A stretch of 35,800 bases of DNA from a virus (lineage: Duplodnaviria > Caudoviricetes): positions 1-35,800 of the IMG/VR virus record IMGVR_UViG_3300037484_000176. The stretch is one strand, 5' to 3'. The notes under the pieces were generated by a model that saw nothing but the letters and a program-made list of their open reading frames with translations, searched no databases and was not told the DNA's origin. Numbering within the stretch: position 1 is the stretch's first letter; each line of letters starts with the position of its first letter. This document shows positions 22,416 through 31,654 of this stretch, piece after piece. The translations under genes were made by a program, and so were the position numbers.

Positions 22416-24737
22416 ATGACCGAAGCCGAATCCCGTCTGCGCCGCCTGCTTGACGATTTCCCCTATTACGCCTCTCACGCGCTGCGTATCCGCGACAAGC
22501 GCGGGCGCGTGGTGCCATTTGCGCTCAACAGCGCGCAGATTCTGCTGCATGAGAAGGCTGAGGCGCAGTTGTCGAGCATCGGGAAAATACGTGCGCTCGT
22601 TCTCAAAGGACGGCAGCAGGGAATGTGTCTGGACCCGAACACGAAAGTCCTTACTGCTGATTTACGCTGGATTCCAATCAAAGACGTGACGGTCGGGCAA
22701 GAGCTTGTTGCCACAGACGAGAATCCAACCCTGGGCCTTGGTTGCGGTAACGGTTCGCAGAAAATGCGCACCTCAGTCACTGAAAAGGTCTGGCGCACAA
22801 AGAAGCAGTCATACCGGATCACGTTTGATGATGGGCGCAGTGTCGTGTGCTCGGCGAATCACAGGTGGTGGTCAAGGAAGTCTCAGCCACAGGGCGCATG
22901 GAGATCAATAGCCGGCAACGGTTTTGATGATGGACGGTCCGCGCTGAAACCTGGCGACATGATTCGATCCGTGGTTGCCCCGTGGGGTGAATCGACACTG
23001 GACGACGCATGGTTCGGCGGGATGGTCGACGGCGAGGGTTCGCTTGATTTCAAGAACAGGTCCGGCGTCGATATGGCAATCAGCCAAGTCGACGGCCCCG
23101 TGCTTGAGAAAATGAAGTCGCATTGTCTGGCGAGTGGGTATCGGCATTGCATTGTCAGCGATGACGGGCCGCGCAAAACAAAACTCGGGCAGCGCCCGGT
23201 TCATGCGATCAGTATCAGCAACGCTTCAGACGTGTTCACGTTGATCGGGAAGTCTCGCCCGCTTCGCTTCCTGGATAAGCGATGGTGGGAAGGCAAGCGG
23301 CCACCGGACGGAGGGTGGCGGGCTATTGTTTCAATAGAGCCGCTGCGCGAACAAATGCTGGTGGACATCCAGACAAGCACTGGAACATTCCTTGCGGAAG
23401 GGTTTGTTTCGCACAACTCCACTTACGTAGAAGGCCGCTTCTACCACAAGACCAGCACGCAGACCGGCAAGCGCGCGGTGATCATGACCCATGAGGCGAA
23501 GGCGACCGCCAACCTGTTCAGCATGGCGAAGCTGTTTCACGCCTGCTGCCCGAGCAATCTCAGACCGACTGCCAGCAAGGACAACGCGAACGAGCTTGTG
23601 TTCGGGCGCTTGATGAGTTCCTACAAGGTGCTCACGGCCGGTGCCGCTGAAACCGGGCGTGGCGACACGGCGCAGTTGTTCCACGGCTCCGAGGCGGCAT
23701 TCTGGACCAACGCGGCGAAGCACATGGCCGGCATCGGCCAGGCTGTCGCCGATATGGACGGCACCGAGATGTTTTTGGAGTCGACCGCGAACGGCGTCGG
23801 CAACCCGTTCCACCAGGCATGGCAGGACGCCGAGGCGGGGCTGACCGAGTACATCCCGGTGTTCCTGCCATGGTTCCTGCAGACCGAGTACCGCCGCGAG
23901 CCGCCGGCAGGCTTCGTTCTCGACACCGAGGAAGCGCAGTACGCCACCACCTACGACCTTGACGAGTTCCAGATGGCGTGGCGGCGCAACAAGATCCGCT
24001 CCGACTTCAAGGGCGACATCACCCTATTCAACCAGGAATACCCGGCCAGCCCTGAACTGGCGTTCATCCGCGCCGGCGGCGAGTCCTACATCAATCAGGC
24101 GCTGGTCGCCAAGGCACGCAAGCACAAGGCCGAGGCGCGCGGCGCCAAGGTGCTGGGCATCGACCCGGCCGAGTTCGGCAGCGATCGATCGACCTTCGTG
24201 CTGCGCCAGGGCTTGCGCATTCTGGAAACCAAGAAGTTCTCCAAGCTGGACCTGATGGAGCTGGTGGGCCATGCCTCGATGATGATCCACAAGGAAAACC
24301 CGGACGCGGTTTTTGTGGATGCGGTGGGGGTGGGGGCCGGCGTTTACAGCAGGTTGGCAGAATTGTTCCCGAATCGTTTGATTATCCGCGTCCACAGTGG
24401 CGCGGCGGCGTTTGACAAGGAAACCTATGCCAACGTGCGGGCCGAAATGTGGGGAAACATGCGGGAGTGGTTCACGCTCGAACCGCAGATACCGGACAGC
24501 GATGAATTCGCCGCTGACCTGTGCGCTCCCGGCTACAGCTACGACTCCGCGCGCCGCGTGCTGCTGGAATCCAAGGAAAAAATGAAGTCTGCGGGCGTGC
24601 GCTCTCCAGATTTTGCCGACGCGCTGGCGATGACCTTCTTCATGCCGGTCGAAGTGCGTACCGCTGAAATGTCCCCCTTGCAACAGAAACTCGCCGGCAT
24701 CCGACGTCGGCAGAAACGATCGGCAATGGCCGCATGA
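22416..24737 (+). CDS. terL: Terminase large subunit, intein-containing
   Basis: LKGRQQGM/ST Walker A, FHGSEAAFW Walker B, ESTANG, GIDPA and SPDFADAL nuclease motifs. Confidence 0.95.
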   Translation: MTEAESRLRRLLDDFPYYASHALRIRDKRGRVVPFALNSAQILLHEKAEAQLSSIGKIRALVLKGRQQGMCLDPNTKVLTADLRWIPIKDVTVGQELVATDENPTLGLGCGNGSQKMRTSVTEKVWRTKKQSYRITFDDGRSVVCSANHRWWSRKSQPQGAWRSIAGNGFDDGRSALKPGDMIRSVVAPWGESTLDDAWFGGMVDGEGSLDFKNRSGVDMAISQVDGPVLEKMKSHCLASGYRHCIVSDDGPRKTKLGQRPVHAISISNASDVFTLIGKSRPLRFLDKRWWEGKRPPDGGWRAIVSIEPLREQMLVDIQTSTGTFLAEGFVSHNSTYVEGRFYHKTSTQTGKRAVIMTHEAKATANLFSMAKLFHACCPSNLRPTASKDNANELVFGRLMSSYKVLTAGAAETGRGDTAQLFHGSEAAFWTNAAKHMAGIGQAVADMDGTEMFLESTANGVGNPFHQAWQDAEAGLTEYIPVFLPWFLQTEYRREPPAGFVLDTEEAQYATTYDLDEFQMAWRRNKIRSDFKGDITLFNQEYPASPELAFIRAGGESYINQALVAKARKHKAEARGAKVLGIDPAEFGSDRSTFVLRQGLRILETKKFSKLDLMELVGHASMMIHKENPDAVFVDAVGVGAGVYSRLAELFPNRLIIRVHSGAAAFDKETYANVRAEMWGNMREWFTLEPQIPDSDEFAADLCAPGYSYDSARRVLLESKEKMKSAGVRSPDFADALAMTFFMPVEVRTAEMSPLQQKLAGIRRRQKRSAMAA
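22626..23417 (+). mobile_element. Intein (264 aa) with LAGLIDADG-type motif in the TerL Walker A
   Basis: Starts CLDPNTKV; block B CSANHRW; FGGMVDGEG; ends LVDIQTSTGTFLAEGFVSHN followed by Ser. Confidence 0.95.
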
Positions 24738-26854
24738 CGAACACGACCCAAGCAACCGGCGACACCGCCGCCCAGCAGAACTGGGACCGTTACCGCTACG
24801 GCATCGAGCGCGGCCACCTGTCCTACATCATGCAGGCGATCCTGTGCGAACGGAACTACCTTGGCGGTGGGCTGCAATGGGACGACGCCGACCGCGACCA
24901 GTTGACCGCAGACGGCAAGCCGGCGCTGGAAGCCAACGAGATCATGCCGGCCCTGAATTCAGCCATCGGCTACCAGATCCACAACCGCATGGACATCGCG
25001 TTCCGCCCGCGCAAGGTAGTGAGCCAGGCGACCGCAGACATCCGATCGAAGCTGGCGATGCAGATCGCCGACAACAACAAACTGCACTGGATTGAAACCG
25101 GCGTGTTCTCGGACGGCATGATCGAGCAGCGCGGCTTTTACGACGTGCGCATGTGCTACGAAACCAACGTGCTGGGCGAACTGGCCATCACCGACCTCGA
25201 CCCGCGCGACGTGATCCCCGACCCGGACGCCAAGAGCTACGACCCGCAGAAGTGGGGCGACGTGACCGTGACCCGCTGGTACAGCCTTGACGACATTGAG
25301 GCGCTACACGGCCGCAAGGTGCGCGATGAGGTCGAAAAGGTCCACGGTTCCGAAGGCGAACAGGACTTTGGCGACGGCGTTGATGAGGCCGGCGACGATG
25401 GCGGCGAGCGCAACAAGTTCGGCGACAACCAGAGTGGCGGCCAGAGCTATTACGCCTTCTATCGCGGCAGCGCCAAGGACGACACCGCGCGCTACCGCGT
25501 CATCGACCGCCAACGTTTCGTCTACGAAATGGCCGACGTCGTGATTTCTCAGTACGGCGACGTGCATGTCGTGACCAAGACCAACGGTGACGCAATCGCG
25601 GCCGAGATTGCCGCCGGTGGCACGCCATCCAAGCGCATGACGCGCCGCGTCAAGTGGACCGTGACAACCCGCTACGTGACGCTATTCGACGAGATCAGCC
25701 CCTACGACCGCTTTACCGTGGTGCCGTTCTTCCCATATTTCCGCCGCGGCAAGACGCGCGGCATGGTGGACAACGCGATCGACCCGCAGAAGATTCTGAA
25801 CAAGGGCTTGAGCCAGTTCGTGCATATCCTCAACTCGGCGGCCAACTCCGGGTGGACCTACGAGCAGAACAGCCTGACCAACATGACCGGCGAGGATCTT
25901 GAGGATCGCGGCGGAGAGAACGGCCTTGTGATCGAGCACGCCAAGGGCACCCAGGCGCCGAAGAAGATCGAGCCGAGCCAGATCCCGAACGGCGTCGACC
26001 GCCTGATGGACCGCGCCTTGCTCACTTTGAAAGAAGTGACCGTACCCGACGCCATGCGCGGATCGCAGGGCGCCGAAGTCTCGGGCGTTGCGATCCAGAG
26101 CCGGCAGTCGGCCAGCCAGCAGCAACTTGCCGTGCCGCTGGACAGCCTAGCGCGCACCCGCGCGTTCATTGCCGGCTGGATCGACTACGCCATCAAGAAC
26201 TTCTACGACGCCCCGCGCATCGTCCGCATCACCGAAACCAACCCGGACACCGGCGCCGAGGAACACGAGTTCATCGAGGTCAACCAGCCTGACGGCCAGG
26301 GCGGCTACCTCAACGACATGAGCGTGGGCGAGTACGACCTGGTGATTACCGAGCAGCCGATGCAGGTGACGTTCGAGAACGGCCAGTTCACCCAGGCGCT
26401 CGAAATGCGCAAGACCGGCGTGGCCATCCCGGACACCGCCATCGTCATGAGTTCCAACCTGTCGCGCAAGCAGGATGTCATCAAGCAGATGGAAGGTATG
26501 GGCGGCAAGTCACCGGAAGAAACCGCACTTGCAGAAGCGCAGACCGCCAAGATCAACGCCGAGACGAAGCACCTCGAAGCCAACACCATCAACAAGCTGG
26601 TCGAATCCACTTTCAGCGCCATGCAGTCGGCACGCACCATCGCGGAAACCCCGCAGACCGCCGGCATGGCCGACAGCATCCTCAAGTCGGCCGGCTTCAA
26701 GGACATGGACGCCGCGCCGATCGTGCCGGAAGCGCCGGCAGGAATGCCCGGCTTGGACATGGCACCAATCGCAGAGAACACCTCGCCAAACTTTCCGCCA
26801 AGGCCAGAGAATCCGGCGGCTGGAATAAATACTGGAATAGAGGGCGGAGAGTGA
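24734..26854 (+). CDS. Portal protein (podovirus type)
   Basis: 706 aa after terL; YLGGGLQW...GKPALEAN...GMVDNAIDPQ..LNK...SGVAIQSRQ. Confidence 0.92.
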   Translation: MTNTTQATGDTAAQQNWDRYRYGIERGHLSYIMQAILCERNYLGGGLQWDDADRDQLTADGKPALEANEIMPALNSAIGYQIHNRMDIAFRPRKVVSQATADIRSKLAMQIADNNKLHWIETGVFSDGMIEQRGFYDVRMCYETNVLGELAITDLDPRDVIPDPDAKSYDPQKWGDVTVTRWYSLDDIEALHGRKVRDEVEKVHGSEGEQDFGDGVDEAGDDGGERNKFGDNQSGGQSYYAFYRGSAKDDTARYRVIDRQRFVYEMADVVISQYGDVHVVTKTNGDAIAAEIAAGGTPSKRMTRRVKWTVTTRYVTLFDEISPYDRFTVVPFFPYFRRGKTRGMVDNAIDPQKILNKGLSQFVHILNSAANSGWTYEQNSLTNMTGEDLEDRGGENGLVIEHAKGTQAPKKIEPSQIPNGVDRLMDRALLTLKEVTVPDAMRGSQGAEVSGVAIQSRQSASQQQLAVPLDSLARTRAFIAGWIDYAIKNFYDAPRIVRITETNPDTGAEEHEFIEVNQPDGQGGYLNDMSVGEYDLVITEQPMQVTFENGQFTQALEMRKTGVAIPDTAIVMSSNLSRKQDVIKQMEGMGGKSPEETALAEAQTAKINAETKHLEANTINKLVESTFSAMQSARTIAETPQTAGMADSILKSAGFKDMDAAPIVPEAPAGMPGLDMAPIAENTSPNFPPRPENPAAGINTGIEGGE

Positions 26855-27522
26855 TGCCTGATCGATACGGAAGATACACGGTGCTGCGTGAAGCCGGGAG
26901 CAAGCACGGGATGCGGGTTGTTCTGTGCAGATGCGACTGCGGAACAGAGCGCGAGGTGTACTTCAAGAACTTGCGGTCTGGAAATTCAACTTCGTGCGGA
27001 TGCAGGGCATCAGAGGTCACTTCGGCGAGAAACATGAAGCATGGCCAAGCGAAAACTCCAACCTGGCTGATATGGGTTGCGATGGTGCAACGATGCGGAC
27101 CAACAGCCAGCGGCAAAAACAGAGCATGGTATTTCGACAAAGGAATCCGTGTTTGCGATCGCTGGAAGTCATACGAGAACTTCTTTGCGGACATGGGTGA
27201 TCGCCCCGATGGGCACCAGATCGACAGAATTGATACGAACGGAAATTACGAGCCTGGAAACTGCCGGTGGGTTACTCCGAAGATCAATTCACGGAACCGG
27301 ACCAACAACACAAGGATTGAATTTGAAGGCGAATTGTTGACCGTTGCCGAATGGGCCGAAAAGAAGTGCTGGCCAAGGCACGTCATATCAAATCGCCTTC
27401 AATACGGATGGCCGATTGAGAGGATTCTCACCGAGCCTGTTCGAAAAATTGCCAATCGTCCCTCAAACCCGGCTGTCGGCATGAACGCAGGCATTGAGGG
27501 CGGGGAACCGGCCCTTCAGTAA
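26851..27522 (+). CDS. Free-standing HNH homing endonuclease
   Basis: CRCDCG...STSCGC...W..MVQRC...GIRVCDRW...IDRIDTNGNYEPGNCRWVT...NSRN; lower GC. Confidence 0.92.
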   Translation: MMPDRYGRYTVLREAGSKHGMRVVLCRCDCGTEREVYFKNLRSGNSTSCGCRASEVTSARNMKHGQAKTPTWLIWVAMVQRCGPTASGKNRAWYFDKGIRVCDRWKSYENFFADMGDRPDGHQIDRIDTNGNYEPGNCRWVTPKINSRNRTNNTRIEFEGELLTVAEWAEKKCWPRHVISNRLQYGWPIERILTEPVRKIANRPSNPAVGMNAGIEGGEPALQ

Positions 27523-27549
27523 CCACCAACCACAAAGGGCAAGCGAAGC

Positions 27550-27753
27550 ATGAGAACGATGTCTGCAATCGGACGCCGCGCGACCGGAGACAGCCGGATA
27601 ACCCTGTTCCGGGTTGAGAGCGATTTCTATTCCCGCGGCACCGGATGGAAGTTATCGCTATCACTTCACCCGCGCTTGTTTTACTGGCAGCGGCAGTGGC
27701 GGCAGCTTCGGGTCACGTTGCTCGGGATCAATCTGCACTGGAGATCGCGCTGA
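27550..27753 (+). CDS. Hypothetical basic protein
   Basis: 67-aa ORF, TGATG-coupled to the next ORF. Confidence 0.55.
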   Translation: MRTMSAIGRRATGDSRITLFRVESDFYSRGTGWKLSLSLHPRLFYWQRQWRQLRVTLLGINLHWRSR

Positions 27754-27914
27754 TGGCCTACCTCGGGCTTTTACCGGCAGCAATTTTCTGCGTCATGTGG
27801 TATTTCGCCGAGCGCCGACGGGCCGGGGCGTTCTACTTGCTAGACCGCCATCGCGAAGCTCTGCGACAGCGCATCGAAGCCACAGACCGGAGAAGCGGCA
27901 GTGGTTCACGATAA
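27753..27914 (+). CDS. Small membrane protein
   Basis: MAYLGLLPAAIFCVMWYFAERRR; GGAG SD. Confidence 0.55.
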   Translation: MAYLGLLPAAIFCVMWYFAERRRAGAFYLLDRHREALRQRIEATDRRSGSGSR

Positions 27915-27974
27915 CTTGCATCTAGCCACTGCACTCTAACCACCAAACCCCAACCACCACAAAGGACGCACACC

Positions 27975-28886
27975 ATGCCACCCGAAGCAGCAGTCGAAGA
28001 CGAAGCGATCGAAACCCTGGCCATCGAGGACGACGAGCCGACCACGCCGGAAGACCGCGGCGACGACTTCAGCCCGACGCCGGATGAAGTCGATCCCGTT
28101 GTAACGCCGGCAGCCGCCGCGCCTGAAGCCGAGGAAGAAGAAGCCGCCAAGCCCAACGGGATGATCCCCAAGGCCCGCTTCGACGAGGTGAACAACGCCA
28201 AGAAGGCCGCTGAACTGCGCGAGGCTACGCTACTGGCCGAGATCGAGGCGCTGCGCAAAGGCGAGGTCAAGCCGGAAGCCGCGAAGGAAGCCGCAGCGGA
28301 GCCGGCGCCGGAAGTGGCCGCCCTTGAGGACCAGTACACCGACGCCCTGATGGACGGCGACCGCGACAAGGCGCGCGAACTGCGCATGCAGATCAACGCC
28401 ATCATCCGCGACAGCGCGGTGCAGGAGATCGAGCATCGCACCAGCCGGGCGACCGAGAGCAACAACATCAACGCCGCGGCCGCCGCAGTGATCGAGCAAT
28501 ACCCGGAATTTAACGACGCCGGCGAGCACGCCAACGCTGAAGCCATTGACGAAATGGTCGAGATGCGTGACTTCTACATCACTTCCAAGGGAATGAGCCC
28601 TGCCGAAGCCATCACCAAGGCGGCCGAGAAGGTGGCTCGGATGTATGGCCTGGGCACCAAGGCAGAACCAGGAGGCGAGGAAACGCCGGATGAAACGCCG
28701 GCAGTTGACGACCGCACTGTGGTCGCAATCAAGCGTGGCGCGAAGATTGCCGCGTCACAGCCCAGCACCGCTGCGGTGGGGGTGGGCACGCGCCAGGACG
28801 CGGCCAAAGTTAATATCCAAACCATGAGCGAAGAACAGTTCGAGGCGTTGCCCGAGTCTGAAAAGAAACGGATGCGCGGCGACTGA
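27975..28886 (+). CDS. Capsid scaffolding protein
   Basis: Acidic; IPKARFDEVN motif; ends MSEEQFEALPESEKKRMRGD; directly before the capsid gene. Confidence 0.88.
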   Translation: MPPEAAVEDEAIETLAIEDDEPTTPEDRGDDFSPTPDEVDPVVTPAAAAPEAEEEEAAKPNGMIPKARFDEVNNAKKAAELREATLLAEIEALRKGEVKPEAAKEAAAEPAPEVAALEDQYTDALMDGDRDKARELRMQINAIIRDSAVQEIEHRTSRATESNNINAAAAAVIEQYPEFNDAGEHANAEAIDEMVEMRDFYITSKGMSPAEAITKAAEKVARMYGLGTKAEPGGEETPDETPAVDDRTVVAIKRGAKIAASQPSTAAVGVGTRQDAAKVNIQTMSEEQFEALPESEKKRMRGD

Positions 28887-29053
28887 TCGAAGCCCGAACG
28901 CCAGGCAGGATTCGCGCCCTGCCGGCGTAGCAAGACCCGCGATTCCGCAAGAGACAGAGCGTATCTGTCGTGGTTCGGCACCCAATTCAAGCCGGTTCCG
29001 CGATGTGGCGGCGTACAGCCTAGACGTTTTTCAACCTCTTTAGGAGTCGCAGT

Positions 29054-30154
29054 ATGTCCATGACAAACTTCGCGGCATTGACGCCGCAACAAAAACTGGT
29101 TTGGTCGCGCGATGTGTGGAAAGCCGCACGCGATCAAATGTTCATCAAAAAATTCACTGGCACGGGCGAAAGCTCGATGATCCAGCGCGTCACCGAACTG
29201 ACCAAGACCGAGAAGGGTGAGCAGTGCATCATCCATCTGGTCGCGGATCTGGTCGGCGACGGCGTGATCGGGGATAACGAGCGCGAAGGCAATGAGGAAG
29301 CTATGCAGTCGTATAGCCAAATCATCACCATCGACCAGCTTTCCCACTCGGTTCGCAACAAGGGCAAGCTGGCGGAACAAAAGACCGTCATCAAGTTCCG
29401 CGAAACCGGCAAGGATCGCCTGGCCTACTGGCTGGCCAACCGTGTCGACCAACTGGCCTTCCTCACCATGTCCGGCATCGGTTATTCCGTGCAGAACAAC
29501 GGTGCGGTCCGTGTCGGCTCGCCGTTCCCCAACCTGGCCTTCGCCGCCGACGTTTCCGCTCCGTCTACCGCGCGTTCGCTGATGTGGGACGGCACCGCCC
29601 TGGCGGCCAGCAACACCGCCAGCATCGCCAGCACCTACGTTCTGTCGTACAAGGCCATCGTTGACATGATCGCCTACGCGAAAGAGCACTACGTCAAGCC
29701 GTTGATGTCGGGTGGCAAGGAGTATTACGTCATCCTGCTGCACCCCAACAGCCTGGCGCAGTTGAAGAAGGACGCTGACTACCAGCGCGCCGTCACCACC
29801 GCCCTGCCGCGCGATGCACAAAACCCGTTCTTCACCGGCGGCACTGTGACCATCGACGGCGCAATCCTTCACGAGCACCGCTTGGTCTACACGACCAAGG
29901 GCGCCGCATCGGGTTCGAAGTGGGGCGCAGGCAGCGCAGTCAACGGCACCCGCACGCTGCTGTGTGGCGCTCAAGCTCTTGCGATGGCCGACCTCGGCGC
30001 ACCGGAATGGGACGAAAAGACGTTCCAGTACGGCAGCCAGCAGGGCATCAACATCGACAAGATGGTGGGCTTCCTGAAACCCAAGTTCCATTCGCTGTAT
30101 GACGACGCCGTTGAGGACTTCGGCATCGTCGCGGTGGACCACTACATCCAGTAA
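29054..30154 (+). CDS. Major capsid protein, N4-gp56/DUF4043 family
   Basis: TNFAALT...IQRVTELTKTEKG...DLVGDGVIGDNEREGNEE...GFLKPKF...EDFGIV; AGGAG SD. Confidence 0.93.
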   Translation: MSMTNFAALTPQQKLVWSRDVWKAARDQMFIKKFTGTGESSMIQRVTELTKTEKGEQCIIHLVADLVGDGVIGDNEREGNEEAMQSYSQIITIDQLSHSVRNKGKLAEQKTVIKFRETGKDRLAYWLANRVDQLAFLTMSGIGYSVQNNGAVRVGSPFPNLAFAADVSAPSTARSLMWDGTALAASNTASIASTYVLSYKAIVDMIAYAKEHYVKPLMSGGKEYYVILLHPNSLAQLKKDADYQRAVTTALPRDAQNPFFTGGTVTIDGAILHEHRLVYTTKGAASGSKWGAGSAVNGTRTLLCGAQALAMADLGAPEWDEKTFQYGSQQGINIDKMVGFLKPKFHSLYDDAVEDFGIVAVDHYIQ

Positions 30155-30208
30155 GCGACGGGGCGCCGTGAGAGCGGCGCTCCATTACTGACTTTCAAGG
30201 AGAAGCAC

Positions 30209-30604
30209 ATGAGCATCACCAAAAACAGCAACCGCCAGACCCCGCTGGTCGCAATGGTCGAGGTCAGCCTGGCTGACATCGCATCCGGCGTGGCCGCTGC
30301 TGCCGTCGAACTTCCGGGCGGCGCCATCGTCGTCGGCGGCGATGTGACCGTCATCACCCCGTTTGACTCCGGCACAACCGACGTCATCGACGTGGGCGAT
30401 TCCGGCACGGCAAACCGCTACCTGAACGACGGCAACATCGCCGCTGCTGGCCGCATCCCGCTGGTTCCGACCGGCTATGTGACCGAAAACATCGGCGACA
30501 TCAACGTGACCGTTACTTCTGTCGGCACCGCCGCGACCGAAGGCACCGTTCGCCTGACCGTCGAGTATGTCGTGGAAGGCCGCGCCTGTTCCTCGCAAGG
30601 CTAA
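30209..30604 (+). CDS. Probable capsid decoration protein
   Basis: LPGGAIVVGGDVTVITPFDS...DVGDS...RY; follows the capsid gene. Confidence 0.8.
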   Translation: MSITKNSNRQTPLVAMVEVSLADIASGVAAAAVELPGGAIVVGGDVTVITPFDSGTTDVIDVGDSGTANRYLNDGNIAAAGRIPLVPTGYVTENIGDINVTVTSVGTAATEGTVRLTVEYVVEGRACSSQG

Positions 30605-30613
30605 ACCACTGAT

Positions 30614-30642
30614 CGGGCCGCGCCTGTAACGGGCGCGGCCCA
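30614..30642 (+). terminator. Stem-loop after the decoration gene
   Basis: GGGCCGCGCCT-gtaac-GGGCGCGGCCC; weak U tail. Confidence 0.5.
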
Positions 30643-30662
30643 TTAATCACCAAGGAGAAACG

Positions 30663-31016
30663 ATGAAGTTCTTTCCGCCCGCCGACAAGGCTATCCAGAT
30701 TGCCCTGACCACCGGCCACATTGCCATTGTCGAACCGACTGGCACCGAGTTGCACCCCAATTTCCACCGCGAAGCGATTGCCCGTGGCTGCATGCCAGAA
30801 GGCGTCGAGCGCGAGATTCCTCAAGAAGGCAAGGCTTTCGACAAGATGAGCGCCATCGTCGAGGCCATGCAGATGATGGTCGAAGAACCGAACGAAGCCG
30901 ACTTCACCGCCGACGGCAAGCCCAAGACCGATGCCGTGTCGAAGATCGTCGGCTTCACCGTGTCGCGCGAAGAACGCGACAACGCATGGGAAGCCGTGGC
31001 TGACGACGGCGCGTAA
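30663..31016 (+). CDS. Conserved head-region hypothetical protein
   Basis: DFTADGKPKTDAVSKIVGFTVSREERDNAW; AAGGAG SD. Confidence 0.8.
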   Translation: MKFFPPADKAIQIALTTGHIAIVEPTGTELHPNFHREAIARGCMPEGVEREIPQEGKAFDKMSAIVEAMQMMVEEPNEADFTADGKPKTDAVSKIVGFTVSREERDNAWEAVADDGA

Positions 31017-31019
31017 CAA

Positions 31020-31652
31020 ATGACCCTGGCCGAACTCCGCTCGCTGTTCAGACTCAAGGCCGGCGATACTGCGATCCCGTATCTGTGGGAAGACGCGGAG
31101 GTCGACGACTACCTGAACGCAGCGGAGAGCGAGGCCGCAGAACGCGCCAGCCTGATTTACGACGACACCAGCGCAGCGTCGCTGATTGCCGTGGTGGCTG
31201 GCACCAAGCGTTACGCGCTGACGGCCGACGTGGTGCGGCTGGATTACGCAGAACTGACCACGCCGCCCGCAACTGAACCGCTTGAAGTGTCGATCATCGA
31301 CCGCCGCGAACAAGCAGGCAGGGCATTGTTCCTGGTCCCGGACGGCGCTGCCATCGAGCTCAACTTCGAGCCACAGGCGGACGGCACGTTGCGGCTCGGC
31401 ATGTACCGGCTGCCGGCCGCCGAAATGGTGCTGGTAACGGACACCCCGGAGATTGCGGCAAAGCACCACCGCAAGCTGCTGGACTGGGCGCTGCACCTGG
31501 CCTACCTCAAAACCGACAGCGATGGCTTCGACCAGGGCAAGGCAGATCGGCACGAAGGCGAGTTCATCGCGAACTTCGGCCAGCGCATCGACGCCAACGT
31601 GCAACGCAAGCAACGGGAGCGTCGGCGGCGTACCACCCGCTGCGTCTGGTAG
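31020..31652 (+). CDS. Head-tail adaptor protein
   Basis: MTLAELRSLFR...PYLWEDAEVDDYLNAAE.EA...PEI...HHRKLLDW...AYLK.D. Confidence 0.85.
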   Translation: MTLAELRSLFRLKAGDTAIPYLWEDAEVDDYLNAAESEAAERASLIYDDTSAASLIAVVAGTKRYALTADVVRLDYAELTTPPATEPLEVSIIDRREQAGRALFLVPDGAAIELNFEPQADGTLRLGMYRLPAAEMVLVTDTPEIAAKHHRKLLDWALHLAYLKTDSDGFDQGKADRHEGEFIANFGQRIDANVQRKQRERRRRTTRCVW

Positions 31653-31654
31653 CG

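Noticed and set aside
26851-27522. Group I intron hosting the HNH gene
   Set aside because: The ORF fills the whole insert with no room for a ribozyme core, and the portal is completed by an upstream duplicate end.
28574-31613. Long minus-strand ORFs (522 aa and 366 aa)
   Set aside because: Shadow frames opposite the capsid and neck genes.
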